Source: Eubacteriales bacterium (GTDB taxonomy: Bacteria; Bacillota; Clostridia; Oscillospirales; CAG-272). Taken from it: a DNA stretch of 64,000 nucleotides. A program made the translations under genes and the position numbers. Below, piece by piece: positions 1 through 8,276 of the stretch (position 1 is its first letter; every line of letters starts with the position of its first letter). Below the pieces are notes generated by a model that saw only the letters and a program-made list of their open reading frames with translations, searched no databases and was not told the origin of the DNA. The stretch spans positions 68,204 to 132,203 of the forward strand of contig JAZKYE010000012.1 of NCBI GenBank assembly GCA_045611965.1, written 5' to 3'.

Positions 1-1
1 A

Positions 2-526
2 ATCGAGCATACTGTCGGTGCTTCCACAGTATTTACATCGGGTAATGATGAATTTTCAATTAGCGCATCGGCAAGCTTCTCACTTCCCTCTCTTGAATTT
101 GGAACATACACTCTTGTTGCATTTATAAGCACCGAGGATGGAATACGCGCTTCCGACTACAAGGCGGTAATGCTTACTGAAATCAATACCGATAGCTTTA
201 AGCAGGATAGCCGCACGGTAACTGTTGGAAAAACTGAAGCATCCGAATTAATTCTTACACTTTCATATAATAATCAGATAGAATACGCACTTAATTCTGC
301 TGATAAAGTATATTCATACGATGAAATGCTCGCATTCCTTAATGAGCGCGCATATGAATTTGGTTATACCTATGACACAGCATCGCTTGAATATCTCAGC
401 GCTGACGGAACATGGGTGTCAGCAAGTAGCGCGGGTGCTCTTGCCACCGGCTCTTACAGACTCAAATTCGAGATAAGAAACGGCTCGCATTCTTCTGACG
501 GCTATGTTATAGCTAATTATTCGTAA
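2..526 (+). CDS. 3' part of a larger ORF entering from the left edge; function unknown (possibly a secreted/surface protein)
   Basis: Frame 2 is open from nt 2 to TAA 524-526; I read 56 sense codons upstream of the listed ATG at 170. A hairpin terminator follows. No catalytic motif recognised. Confidence 0.5.
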   Translation: MEHTVGASTVFTSGNDEFSISASASFSLPSLEFGTYTLVAFISTEDGIRASDYKAVMLTEINTDSFKQDSRTVTVGKTEASELILTLSYNNQIEYALNSADKVYSYDEMLAFLNERAYEFGYTYDTASLEYLSADGTWVSASSAGALATGSYRLKFEIRNGSHSSDGYVIANYS

Positions 527-564
527 ATCAAACAGAGGCACGGATTTTAATTCAACAAAGCAAG

Positions 565-597
565 AAAACTCGACCCTAAAAAGTCGAGTTTTCTTTT
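565..597 (+). terminator. Rho-independent terminator of the left-edge ORF
   Basis: Stem AAAACTCGAC / GTCGAGTTTT with an 8-nt loop, running into TTTTCTTTT. Confidence 0.7.
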
Positions 598-613
598 ATC
601 TACATAGAACAAC

Positions 614-642
614 TTGAAATATTTTGATTTTTTTGATATAAT
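614..642 (+). promoter_or_regulatory. sigma-A type promoter of the TIR gene
   Basis: TTGAAA (614-619), 17-nt spacer, TATAAT (637-642). A GAAGG RBS lies a few nt before ATG 697. Confidence 0.55.
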
Positions 643-696
643 AAGTAAAGTTATTGAAATAATCAAGCAAAAAAAAATTAAATCTGAAGGTAGCTT

Positions 697-1458
697 ATGG
701 ATTTTTTTAAGAAACTGACAAATTCTGAGGGCGGATACATATTCCTTTCACATTCACACGATGATATAATAAAGGTAAGAAAAATCAGAAACACCCTCGA
801 AGCAAACGGCTTTGAGCCGCTTTGCTTTTATCTCAAATGCTTAAGTGATGATAACGAGATTGAGGACCTTATCAAGCGAGAAATAGACGCCCGAGAGTGG
901 TTTGTATTCGTAAATAGTGCAAACTCACGAAAATCCAAATGGGTTACTATTGAACGCGAGTATATAATGACCACCGACAACAAAAAGATTATAACTGTCG
1001 ATATTGACAACGAGGACGATGTTCAGAACGCGCTATATAAGATTCTTCACGGTCTGCGCGTGTTTATTTCTTATTCCAATAAGGATTACCTGCTCGCATC
1101 AAAAATAAGAGATGCTCTTGTAAAAAAGGATTATCTTGTATATTTCGGTGCTGACAGTATGTCCGTCGGGGAAAGCTTTATTTCGCAAATAACCTCGGCT
1201 ATAACAGAGGCTTCAAGGGATGGTTGCGTTATTGCGATTATTACTGAAAACTCGGTTAAGTCAAACTTTGTGATGAGTGAGCTTCTGGTTGCAGATAATA
1301 AAGGTGGCAATATTATACCGATTATCGTTGGAAACCCTAAAATTGACAAAGGATTATCATTATTATTTGACGGTATGAAATGCTACCGCTTACCCGAAAT
1401 GCCGAGCGACCTTGAAATAGACAACATTATCGAGGAAATTGGAAAAAGCATTATATAA
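697..1458 (+). CDS. Stand-alone tandem TIR-domain protein (two TIR modules, putative NAD+-cleaving enzyme)
   Basis: Module 1: YIFLSHSHDD...FVFVNSANSRKSKWVTIEREY. Module 2: VFISYSNKDY...VIAIITENSVKSNFVMSELL. Both have the beta-A xxSxS..D motif and a Glu at the (W/F)xxxE position (E86, E195). No other domain, no TM segment, no signal peptide. Confidence 0.75.
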   Translation: MDFFKKLTNSEGGYIFLSHSHDDIIKVRKIRNTLEANGFEPLCFYLKCLSDDNEIEDLIKREIDAREWFVFVNSANSRKSKWVTIEREYIMTTDNKKIITVDIDNEDDVQNALYKILHGLRVFISYSNKDYLLASKIRDALVKKDYLVYFGADSMSVGESFISQITSAITEASRDGCVIAIITENSVKSNFVMSELLVADNKGGNIIPIIVGNPKIDKGLSLLFDGMKCYRLPEMPSDLEIDNIIEEIGKSII

Positions 1459-1461
1459 ACT

Positions 1462-1503
1462 AAAAAACTCTCGCCACCCTTTTGGGTTAGCGAGAGTTTT
1501 TTG
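1462..1503. terminator. Bidirectional hairpin terminator between the convergent TIR gene and the phosphatase gene
   Basis: AAAAAA-CTCTCGCCACCC-TTTT-GGGTTAGCGAGAG-TTTTTTG. An A-run on one side and a T-run on the other. Confidence 0.7.
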
Positions 1504-1505
1504 TT

Positions 1506-2183
1506 TTAGTTATCCGAAATAATAGCGAGGCTTTTTTCCATAATCTGAGCAAAGGCTTCCTCGCCCATTCGCGCTCTTGCGCGAGAAAAATGCTTATATG
1601 CCTTTTTATCAGCCATATGAATATCGCTTCCGAGACCGACGACATATCCGTCGCGAAGCCACTCAAAGAGAGCTTTTCTCTTAAAAAGCGTACAGAGCGA
1701 ATCTGCGTTGAGCTGTATTTTTACCGAAAGGTCAAGAAAACTATTAATTATCCTCTCGTCGTATCTGTCTGCGTGGGCAAGCACTACATTGATACCGAGG
1801 TCGGTAATTCTCTGCACCGTATCATAAAAGCCTTCTGAAAAATTATTAAACGGTAGCTCAATAAGAAGCGTTTTCGTGTCACCGATGCAAAGCTTGTCAA
1901 GCCCATCGAGCCTATCAAGCCCATCGCAAAGAAGCACCTCTGCCCCAAGGATAATATCAAGGCCGATGCGCTCTTGTATCGGTTTTAATTTATTATAGCC
2001 GTCAAGTCTCTTTTTGAGAAAGGAATTAACGGTATGAAGATGCGGATAAAAATGCGAGGTGGAAAGGATGGTATTAACGCCCGCCGACGATGCAAGCTGA
2101 AGCTGTTTTTCAGAAACCTCTATGCTATCAGAGCCGTGATCAACCATAGGAAGAATATGCGTGTGAAAATCAATTATACGCAT
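1506..2183 (-). CDS. Tyrosine-protein phosphatase, PHP-type (CpsB/YwqE family)
   Basis: N-terminus MRIIDFHTHILPMVDHGSD matches the CpsB/YwqE metal-binding motif. HADRY and GSDIH motifs occur further on. The listed ORF starts at 2195, but ATG 2183 has an AGGATGG RBS and matches the family N-terminus. Confidence 0.85.
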   Translation of the reverse strand: MRIIDFHTHILPMVDHGSDSIEVSEKQLQLASSAGVNTILSTSHFYPHLHTVNSFLKKRLDGYNKLKPIQERIGLDIILGAEVLLCDGLDRLDGLDKLCIGDTKTLLIELPFNNFSEGFYDTVQRITDLGINVVLAHADRYDERIINSFLDLSVKIQLNADSLCTLFKRKALFEWLRDGYVVGLGSDIHMADKKAYKHFSRARARMGEEAFAQIMEKSLAIISDN

Positions 2184-2203
2184 AAAGCCGTCCATCCTAT
2201 CCT

Positions 2204-2974
2204 TTATTTACCGTAATAATCGTATGCGCCATACTTGAATTTACGGTATTTACTATACTTGGACTGAGCACCGTATTTTCCGTTAATCCTCTTGGGGTTA
2301 ACGTTGCAAAGGACTATTCCGCCAATTTCCGCCTCAACCTGCTCAAGCTTTGATATAGCGATAGAAAGCGTGTTGACATCCGAATAATCTGCTCTCGCAA
2401 CTAAAAGATAGCTACTGATCTTGTTTGAGAATAAAAGCGCGTCTGAAACGAGATCAAGCGGCGGGGTGTCAATAATAACGTAATCAAATCTCTCGTCGCA
2501 AAGCTCAAAGAGTTGATTCATACGCTCAGTGTTGATAAGCCTTGAGGGGTTAGCAGAGCGCGCACCGGAATAAAGCACCTTAAGATTTGAGAATTTAGTA
2601 TCGCAGAAGTTGGGACGCTCGTCAATACCTGCAAGGTATTCGCTTATTCCGTGCACGTGATCATGCGTCGAAAGAAGCTTCTCAATTCGGGGGCTTCTTA
2701 TATCGCCGTCGATAAGAAGAACGCGTGCGGCCTCAAGGTTCTGTGCGATAGTAATAGCAAGGTTGATGGAAACATAGGTTTTTCCCTCACCCGTGCAGGG
2801 CGATGTGATAACGAATTTCTTGCACTTATCCTCTATGGGCATATAAATAAGGTTAGTATATATACCGCGAAAGGCTTCCTTTACCGCGAAGGGTGAATTG
2901 TCGGAAAGCACACGCATAGCATCGGTGCGATCAGAGGCATGTGAGGAAGTTTTTCTTCTGAAGGGATTAAACAT
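2204..2974 (-). CDS. BY-kinase (CpsD/CapB/YwqD-type protein-tyrosine kinase)
   Basis: Walker A SPCTGEGKT, Walker A' LLIDGDIRSP, Walker B YVIIDTPP. C-terminal tyrosine cluster KYGAQSKYSKYRKFKYGAYDYYGK. Confidence 0.9.
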   Translation of the reverse strand: MFNPFRRKTSSHASDRTDAMRVLSDNSPFAVKEAFRGIYTNLIYMPIEDKCKKFVITSPCTGEGKTYVSINLAITIAQNLEAARVLLIDGDIRSPRIEKLLSTHDHVHGISEYLAGIDERPNFCDTKFSNLKVLYSGARSANPSRLINTERMNQLFELCDERFDYVIIDTPPLDLVSDALLFSNKISSYLLVARADYSDVNTLSIAISKLEQVEAEIGGIVLCNVNPKRINGKYGAQSKYSKYRKFKYGAYDYYGK

Positions 2975-3710
2975 TCGGTGTCACCTCCTGTTCAGGTATG
3001 TCATACGAGGGAATAATACCGAGAATGGGTAAATCAAAGGATTGCTCAATTTTATCCTTATCGTGAATAACTACGTCGAATACGGAAATGATCCAGATTA
3101 CGATAAGCGCGCAAACTACACCGACAAGAGCACCGACTGCACCTGAGGTTACAACGCGCTTGCTGTTTGCATTCTCTGCGAATTTAGGCGCATCAATCGT
3201 TTTAACGGTGATGGTATAAGGTGTTTTTTCAGGAAGAAGCATTGTGCAGTATTTGTAAATGCTGTCTGCAACATCATAAGCCATCTGACTGTCACCCATA
3301 GTAACGCTTACTCTAAATATTTCAGTTTCACCCTCCTGCTGAGTGGTGATAGCGCTTCTGAGGCTCTGCGCGGTAAGACCGTATTCTGCGGGAAGCGGCT
3401 CGATAACCTCATCAAACTCGTCAGAGCCGTTGATTATCGTTTCAAGGAAGAAGTCACTCTTGATTATGTAGCTATAAGTAGCAACCATATTCTGCGCCGC
3501 AGTAATATCAGAGTTGCTTGTATCGTTTACACTCGCCTCATTATATACGATAATAGAGGTAGTAGAGGTATAGGTTTTCGGCTTTATAATCAAAGCATAC
3601 GACATGGCAAGAGTAGCGCAAATTGCCGCTACGATAAGTATTATCCATATTTTAGGGATAAATACTGCAACTATGTCACCAAAAGTAAGTTCTTCTTTTT
3701 TCTTTTTCAT
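2967..3710 (-). CDS. Wzz/CpsC/YwqC-type chain-length determinant / BY-kinase transmembrane activator
   Basis: Two TM helices (IWIILIVAAICATLAMSYALII and GAVGALVGVVCALIVIWIISVF) flank an extracellular loop. The C-terminal cytoplasmic tail is DKDKIEQSFDLPILGIIP. It overlaps the kinase gene by 8 nt. Start taken at ATG 3710 (GGAG RBS), not the listed TTG at 3728. Confidence 0.8.
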   Translation of the reverse strand: MKKKKEELTFGDIVAVFIPKIWIILIVAAICATLAMSYALIIKPKTYTSTTSIIVYNEASVNDTSNSDITAAQNMVATYSYIIKSDFFLETIINGSDEFDEVIEPLPAEYGLTAQSLRSAITTQQEGETEIFRVSVTMGDSQMAYDVADSIYKYCTMLLPEKTPYTITVKTIDAPKFAENANSKRVVTSGAVGALVGVVCALIVIWIISVFDVVIHDKDKIEQSFDLPILGIIPSYDIPEQEVTPNV

Positions 3711-3724
3711 AATAACTCTCCATA

Positions 3725-4050
3725 TCAAAGTGTATTAAGAAATTTTAAAAGCTTAGATGCGATAACATACGCGCCTGCATCCGACAGATGAGGTCCGTCA
3801 GGCATATATTTTTTAGTGCACGGGAACTGAGGGCCGGATGCCTGAATTCTTATAAAGGTCAAGGAAACACAAATCACTTATTTTATTAGGACTCGGAATG
3901 ATTCCTCGCAACTCTCGTACCGCCAATTCCGTCAGTTATAACCTGATAGCCGCTTAATTTTTCAAATACCGCGTTATATCGGTTATCCTGCGTGCTTGCA
4001 CCAATACTCTATGTGATGCTATCGCCTAAAAACGAAATCTTCAAGCCCAT
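3725..4050 (-). pseudogene. Decayed SGNH/GDSL hydrolase gene (nonsense codon, frameshift and internal deletion)
   Basis: Minus-strand read: ATG 4050 gives MGLKISFLGDSIT, then TAG (4009-4011), then SIGASTQDNRYNAVFEKLSGYQVITDGIGGTRVARNHSES-stop. This covers SGNH blocks I (GDS) and II (G). In another frame there is ...KKYMPDGPHLSDAGAYVIASKLLKFLNTL-stop (block V, DxxH). About 330 nt remain of an expected ~600. Confidence 0.7.
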
Positions 4051-4065
4051 ATTCCCAATATTTTG

Positions 4066-4095
4066 TAAAAATGGCAGTAAAACTGCCATTTTTTA
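4066..4095. terminator. Hairpin terminator downstream of the lipoprotein gene
   Basis: AAAA-ATGGCAGT-AAA-ACTGCCAT-TTTTT. The T-run is on the minus-strand side too. Confidence 0.7.
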
Positions 4096-4097
4096 AA

Positions 4098-5156
4098 TTA
4101 CTGTGCGAGCTCTATTTTCTGGTTATGAAGCTTACCTGCCTCAATGTCAGAGGCGGTCCAGGAAAGCTCGGGACAAGAATATGATATGAAGGTATTACCG
4201 GTATAGAGGTTGTTCATATTATAAACATTTTCGCCAACTTTAATTCTCGTAATCTCATTGGTAGCTTCGTTAACGAGATAGTTTGCGCCCTCAACGCCGT
4301 ACTGAAGAGTGTTCTTGTACTTTGCATTGGTGTTGATAGCATAGATGATTTCCATGCAACGGTTAGCATCCTTTGTGCCCTTTACGATAGCGAATGCTGA
4401 GCAATGAGCATCGTCAGCAGTTACCACGGGGTTTTTAAGAATGTTGTAAAGGTATGCAGTGTCCTGACCGATAGCATCGTATCTGCCGGTAGTAACCTTG
4501 ATAAGAGTGTCGATATTCTCTTCACCGAACTTTGCAACAAGAGCGGCTTTAAGAGCGGCGATTTCCTCATCGGTATCAATCTCGGCAATCTTCTCATCGC
4601 TGTAATAAAGCTCTCTCACAGCTTCCTTTTTAATCATTAAGTACTCAAACGCGCCTACAACGTGATTGTTAGGAACGGTGTAAAGCTTATCTTTGATTTT
4701 AGCAGCCTCAAGAAGCTTAGGCGCTACGTCAACGTTAAGAGTGCCGTAGTCGTCGGTCTTATAGAACTCAGTAAGATCCTCAAGAGCGCCTGCAGTAACG
4801 AGAGAGTTAACCATATTTGTTGAATTAACAAGAATGATATCTGCTCTGCTCTTAGAATCAGCCGCAGTAACGGATGCTATTTTAGTAGCATACTCTGCCT
4901 CGGGAACGAAATTGATGTTAAGTATGGTATTGAAGTCCTCTTTGGAATACTGAGTGAGCTTCTGTCTTACGGTATCGGTCGCAATAGAAGTAGTTCCCTC
5001 GCCAACGATAACGTACACGTTGAGAGTAATTTCCTCTACGGAATTGTCAACCTTGGGATAGTTCTCAAGGAACTCGCCTATAGGCTTCTCACCGCAGCTT
5101 GCAAGAGTGAATACCGTCATTACAAGGCATAAAATTATGCAAAGCAGTCTTTTCAT
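4098..5156 (-). CDS. Putative lipoprotein, weakly reminiscent of ABC sugar/solute-binding proteins (orphan: no permease nearby)
   Basis: Signal peptide plus lipobox: MKRLLCIILCLVMTVFTLAS-C-GEK. Start taken at ATG 5156 (GGAGG RBS upstream), not the listed 5183. The family assignment is only an impression. Confidence 0.55.
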   Translation of the reverse strand: MKRLLCIILCLVMTVFTLASCGEKPIGEFLENYPKVDNSVEEITLNVYVIVGEGTTSIATDTVRQKLTQYSKEDFNTILNINFVPEAEYATKIASVTAADSKSRADIILVNSTNMVNSLVTAGALEDLTEFYKTDDYGTLNVDVAPKLLEAAKIKDKLYTVPNNHVVGAFEYLMIKKEAVRELYYSDEKIAEIDTDEEIAALKAALVAKFGEENIDTLIKVTTGRYDAIGQDTAYLYNILKNPVVTADDAHCSAFAIVKGTKDANRCMEIIYAINTNAKYKNTLQYGVEGANYLVNEATNEITRIKVGENVYNMNNLYTGNTFISYSCPELSWTASDIEAGKLHNQKIELAQ

Positions 5157-5197
5157 AAGAATAAAAAACCTCCGAATGAACATTTGTTTACCCTTGT

Positions 5198-5226
5198 ATT
5201 TTACAACAAACCGTCGGTTTTGTCAA
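5198..5226 (-). promoter_or_regulatory. sigma-A type promoter of the lipoprotein gene
   Basis: Minus strand: TTGACA (5226-5221), 17 nt, TAAAAT (5203-5198). Confidence 0.55.
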
Positions 5227-5266
5227 TATGATTTTATTTATTATAATATATATAATATTTTTATAT

Positions 5267-5308
5267 AAAAGATGCACAAACCGAAGCGTATCGATTTGTG
5301 CATCTTTT
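5267..5308. terminator. Hairpin terminator downstream of sigA
   Basis: AAAAGATGCACAAA ... TTTGTGCATCTTTT, a 14-bp stem with T-runs on both strands. Confidence 0.75.
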
Positions 5309-5322
5309 GCCATCCTTCCGAC

Positions 5323-6390
5323 TTAATTATTAAGATAATCCTTAAGAGTTTTAGAGCGCGAGGGGTGTCTGAGCTTACGAAGTGCCTTTGCTTCGATCTG
5401 TCTTATACGCTCACGGGTGATATTAAACTGACGGCCAACCTCTTCAAGCGTGCGGTTTCTTCCGTCCTTAAGACCGTAGCGAAGCATAATAACCTCTGCC
5501 TCGCGGTCAGTGAGAGTGCGAAGCACAGCAAAGAGCTGCTCGCGAAGAAGCGAGGATGCGGCACTGTCAGAGGGCGCGGGTGAGTCGTGGTCCTCAACGA
5601 AGTCGCCAAGGTGGCTGTCCTCTTCCTCACCGATAGGCGTTTCAAGAGAAACGGGGTCCTGCGCTATCTTCATTATATCACGCACCTTATCGGCAGTCAA
5701 ACCAAGCTCCTCAGCAATCTCATCGGTGTTAGGCTCGCGTCCGAGCTTCTGAAGAAGCTGTCTTGCGGTTCTTGACACCTTATGTATGGTTTCAACCATA
5801 TGAACGGGGATACGGATGGTTCTTGCCTGGTCTGCGATAGCTCTCGTAATAGCCTGTCTTATCCACCAGGTTGCGTAGGTCGAAAACTTGTAGCCCTTGC
5901 TGTAATCGAACTTATCAACCGCCTTCATAAGACCGAGGTTGCCCTCTTGAATAAGGTCAAGAAAATACATTCCCTTTCCAACGTGACGCTTCGCAATGCT
6001 GACAACAAGTCTTAAATTTGCCTCGGTAAGCTCATCCTTTGCCGCCTTATCGCCCTGTGCAATTCTCTCTGCAAGATATTGCTCGCGCTCTGCGGAAATA
6101 AGAGGAATCTGACCGATGTCCTTAAGATACATACGCACGGGGTCGACAATGGCGTAGCCCTCCTGCGAGAGTATCTTTTCCATCTTTTCGGCAGATTCGT
6201 ATTCCTCAACATCCTTTTCAAGGTCCTTGAGATGCTCGCTTTCAATATCCTCGGGTGTAGGCGCGTCAAGGTCAACCTGAGATACGTCAAATTCGATATC
6301 CTCGAGCACCTTCATAATGCCCGAGCTTTCAATGCCGTTCTTTTCCTTAGAATCAATGTAGTCGTTTACATCAATTTTATCTCTGCTCAT
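5323..6390 (-). CDS. sigA: Primary RNA polymerase sigma factor (sigma-70/SigA)
   Basis: Region 2 [24 protein letters not shown]; region 4 [15 protein letters not shown]...[20 protein letters not shown]; acidic N-terminal region. dnaG is directly upstream (classic dnaG-sigA pair). Confidence 0.97.
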   Translation of the reverse strand: MSRDKIDVNDYIDSKEKNGIESSGIMKVLEDIEFDVSQVDLDAPTPEDIESEHLKDLEKDVEEYESAEKMEKILSQEGYAIVDPVRMYLKDIGQIPLISAEREQYLAERIAQGDKAAKDELTEANLRLVVSIAKRHVGKGMYFLDLIQEGNLGLMKAVDKFDYSKGYKFSTYATWWIRQAITRAIADQARTIRIPVHMVETIHKVSRTARQLLQKLGREPNTDEIAEELGLTADKVRDIMKIAQDPVSLETPIGEEEDSHLGDFVEDHDSPAPSDSAASSLLREQLFAVLRTLTDREAEVIMLRYGLKDGRNRTLEEVGRQFNITRERIRQIEAKALRKLRHPSRSKTLKDYLNN

Positions 6391-6410
6391 CTTAATATTC
6401 CCTTCTGAAT

Positions 6411-8201
6411 TTAATTGTCCTCAGGCTTGCCGCGAAGCTTTGAGATAAGATCACTCAATCCCTCAAGCGTCGAAACATATTCGGACTCTTTTTTTCTTTT
6501 AGAACTTTTAAGAGATTTAATTCCCTCTTTGAATGCTTCCTCGCCGTTATCGTCGAGTGACATTCTTTTAATTTTTATTGAAGTAATCCTGCTGACCTCG
6601 GCAGTATCAAAGCACGCGTTAAGATCCTTAAAGGTATCTGAGTCATAATAGCACTCCTTGATATACCTGAAAATTCTCTTGCCAAGCTCTGTGAAGAAAT
6701 CCTCCTCGCAAAGCTCGTCGTTTTCAAAGACGAATTTACGGTGCTCCGGGTATAGCAGCATCATCGCAATAACAAATTCCTCGTGTGCAGAGGTAGTCGG
6801 CGCTTTTGCGTAATCGGGATTAGTTTTATCACCGTATCCGGCAAGAGTTCGTCTTGCGACCTCGGAATCCTTTTTCCTTGCCGAGAAGTCACGCTTTTGC
6901 CGAAGCCTGTCCACGTCTGCGATAATATTTTTTGTCATAAGGTTTAATTTTTTTGCAACGATTTGGCAGTAGACTTCTCTTTCTGCCACGGAATAATATC
7001 CTGAAATTACATTTTCTATCTCACCAAGCACCTTTACGACATTCGCAGGAATGTTGATGTCGTACCTCGAAAGTATGCCGTCGAAGATATAATCAAAACG
7101 AGTTTTAGCATCCTCAATAACCGATTTAAAGCTATCAGGACCGTTCGTCTTGATATACTCATCGGGGTCCTTTGCGCCTGGAATTGTGATAATTCTTACC
7201 TCAAGACCGACGCTGCCGATTATGCCGAGGGCGCGGTTTGCCGCCTTCTGCCCTGCCTCGTCAGAGTCATAACAGATTATAACCTTTTTGGTATATTTAC
7301 TGAGCAGTCTTGCCTGCTCGTCGGTTATTGCAGTACCGAGCGTAGCAACGGCATTTTCAAAGCCCGCCGCGTGAAGCGCTATGACATCCATATAGCCCTC
7401 GCAAAGAATGATAGTTTCCTTACTGTGATGCCTTGCGAAGTTGAGCGCGAAAAGATTTCTTGACTTCTTGAATGCCGAGGTATCCGAGGTGTTCTTATAT
7501 TTCGGCTTGGTTTCATTATCCATAGCGCGACCGCCAAAGGCAATTACATTACCGCTGACGTCAATTATCGGGAACATTACGCGATTTCTGAACGCGTCGT
7601 AATACCGTCCGTTTTCACTCTTTCCGCATAGGAATGCCGCCACAAGCTCATCGTAGGTATATCCGAGAGAAAGCATATGGTTTGAGAAAATACTGAAATC
7701 ATCAGGCGCAAATCCAAGACCGAAGTGCCTTATCATTCCCTGCGAAAGTCCTCGTTTTTGAGTGAAGTACGCAAGAGCCTCTCTTGATTTCGGGTTGTCC
7801 TGAAAAAGCTGCTTGTTAAAGAATGTTGCGGCATCCTTATTAATAGCCCACATTCTCTCACGCGTGACACCTCTGGTCTGCTGACTCGGTACGGGTGTCG
7901 GTCCGTCACGCAGGACGGTTACCCCTGCTCTTTTAGCAAGAAACTCAATAGCGTCAGGATAATCGAGATGCTCAATTTCCTTCGTAAAGGTGACAGCATC
8001 GCCACCGATGCCGCAACCAAAGCAGAAAAAGCTGTTTGTCGATGGGTAAACCGTAAACGACGGACTTTTTTCGCTGTGGAACGGACAAAGCCCCTTGTAG
8101 TTAGTACCTGCTCGTTTGAGCGATACATAAGAGGATATGTATTCCTGAATATCCGTACGCATAAGTATCTCGTCAATAACCTCTTGCTTTATTCCAGCCA
8201 T
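6411..8201 (-). CDS. dnaG: DNA primase
   Basis: Zinc ribbon [11 protein letters not shown]...CFGCG; TOPRIM motifs EGYMDVIAL and [11 protein letters not shown]; 596 aa. Confidence 0.97.
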   Translation of the reverse strand: MAGIKQEVIDEILMRTDIQEYISSYVSLKRAGTNYKGLCPFHSEKSPSFTVYPSTNSFFCFGCGIGGDAVTFTKEIEHLDYPDAIEFLAKRAGVTVLRDGPTPVPSQQTRGVTRERMWAINKDAATFFNKQLFQDNPKSREALAYFTQKRGLSQGMIRHFGLGFAPDDFSIFSNHMLSLGYTYDELVAAFLCGKSENGRYYDAFRNRVMFPIIDVSGNVIAFGGRAMDNETKPKYKNTSDTSAFKKSRNLFALNFARHHSKETIILCEGYMDVIALHAAGFENAVATLGTAITDEQARLLSKYTKKVIICYDSDEAGQKAANRALGIIGSVGLEVRIITIPGAKDPDEYIKTNGPDSFKSVIEDAKTRFDYIFDGILSRYDINIPANVVKVLGEIENVISGYYSVAEREVYCQIVAKKLNLMTKNIIADVDRLRQKRDFSARKKDSEVARRTLAGYGDKTNPDYAKAPTTSAHEEFVIAMMLLYPEHRKFVFENDELCEEDFFTELGKRIFRYIKECYYDSDTFKDLNACFDTAEVSRITSIKIKRMSLDDNGEEAFKEGIKSLKSSKRKKESEYVSTLEGLSDLISKLRGKPEDN

Positions 8202-8276
8202 ACAAATCCCCCTTTCTTTTGCTTTCTATTTCAATATACGACAATAAAATCAAAAAACACTTTTAAATTTAAAAAC

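Noticed and set aside
4009-4011. In-frame TAG inside the SGNH fragment as possible pyrrolysine or readthrough.
   Set aside because: The ORF also has further stops, a frameshift and a large internal deletion, and no pyl genes are present. Simple pseudogenisation is the better explanation.
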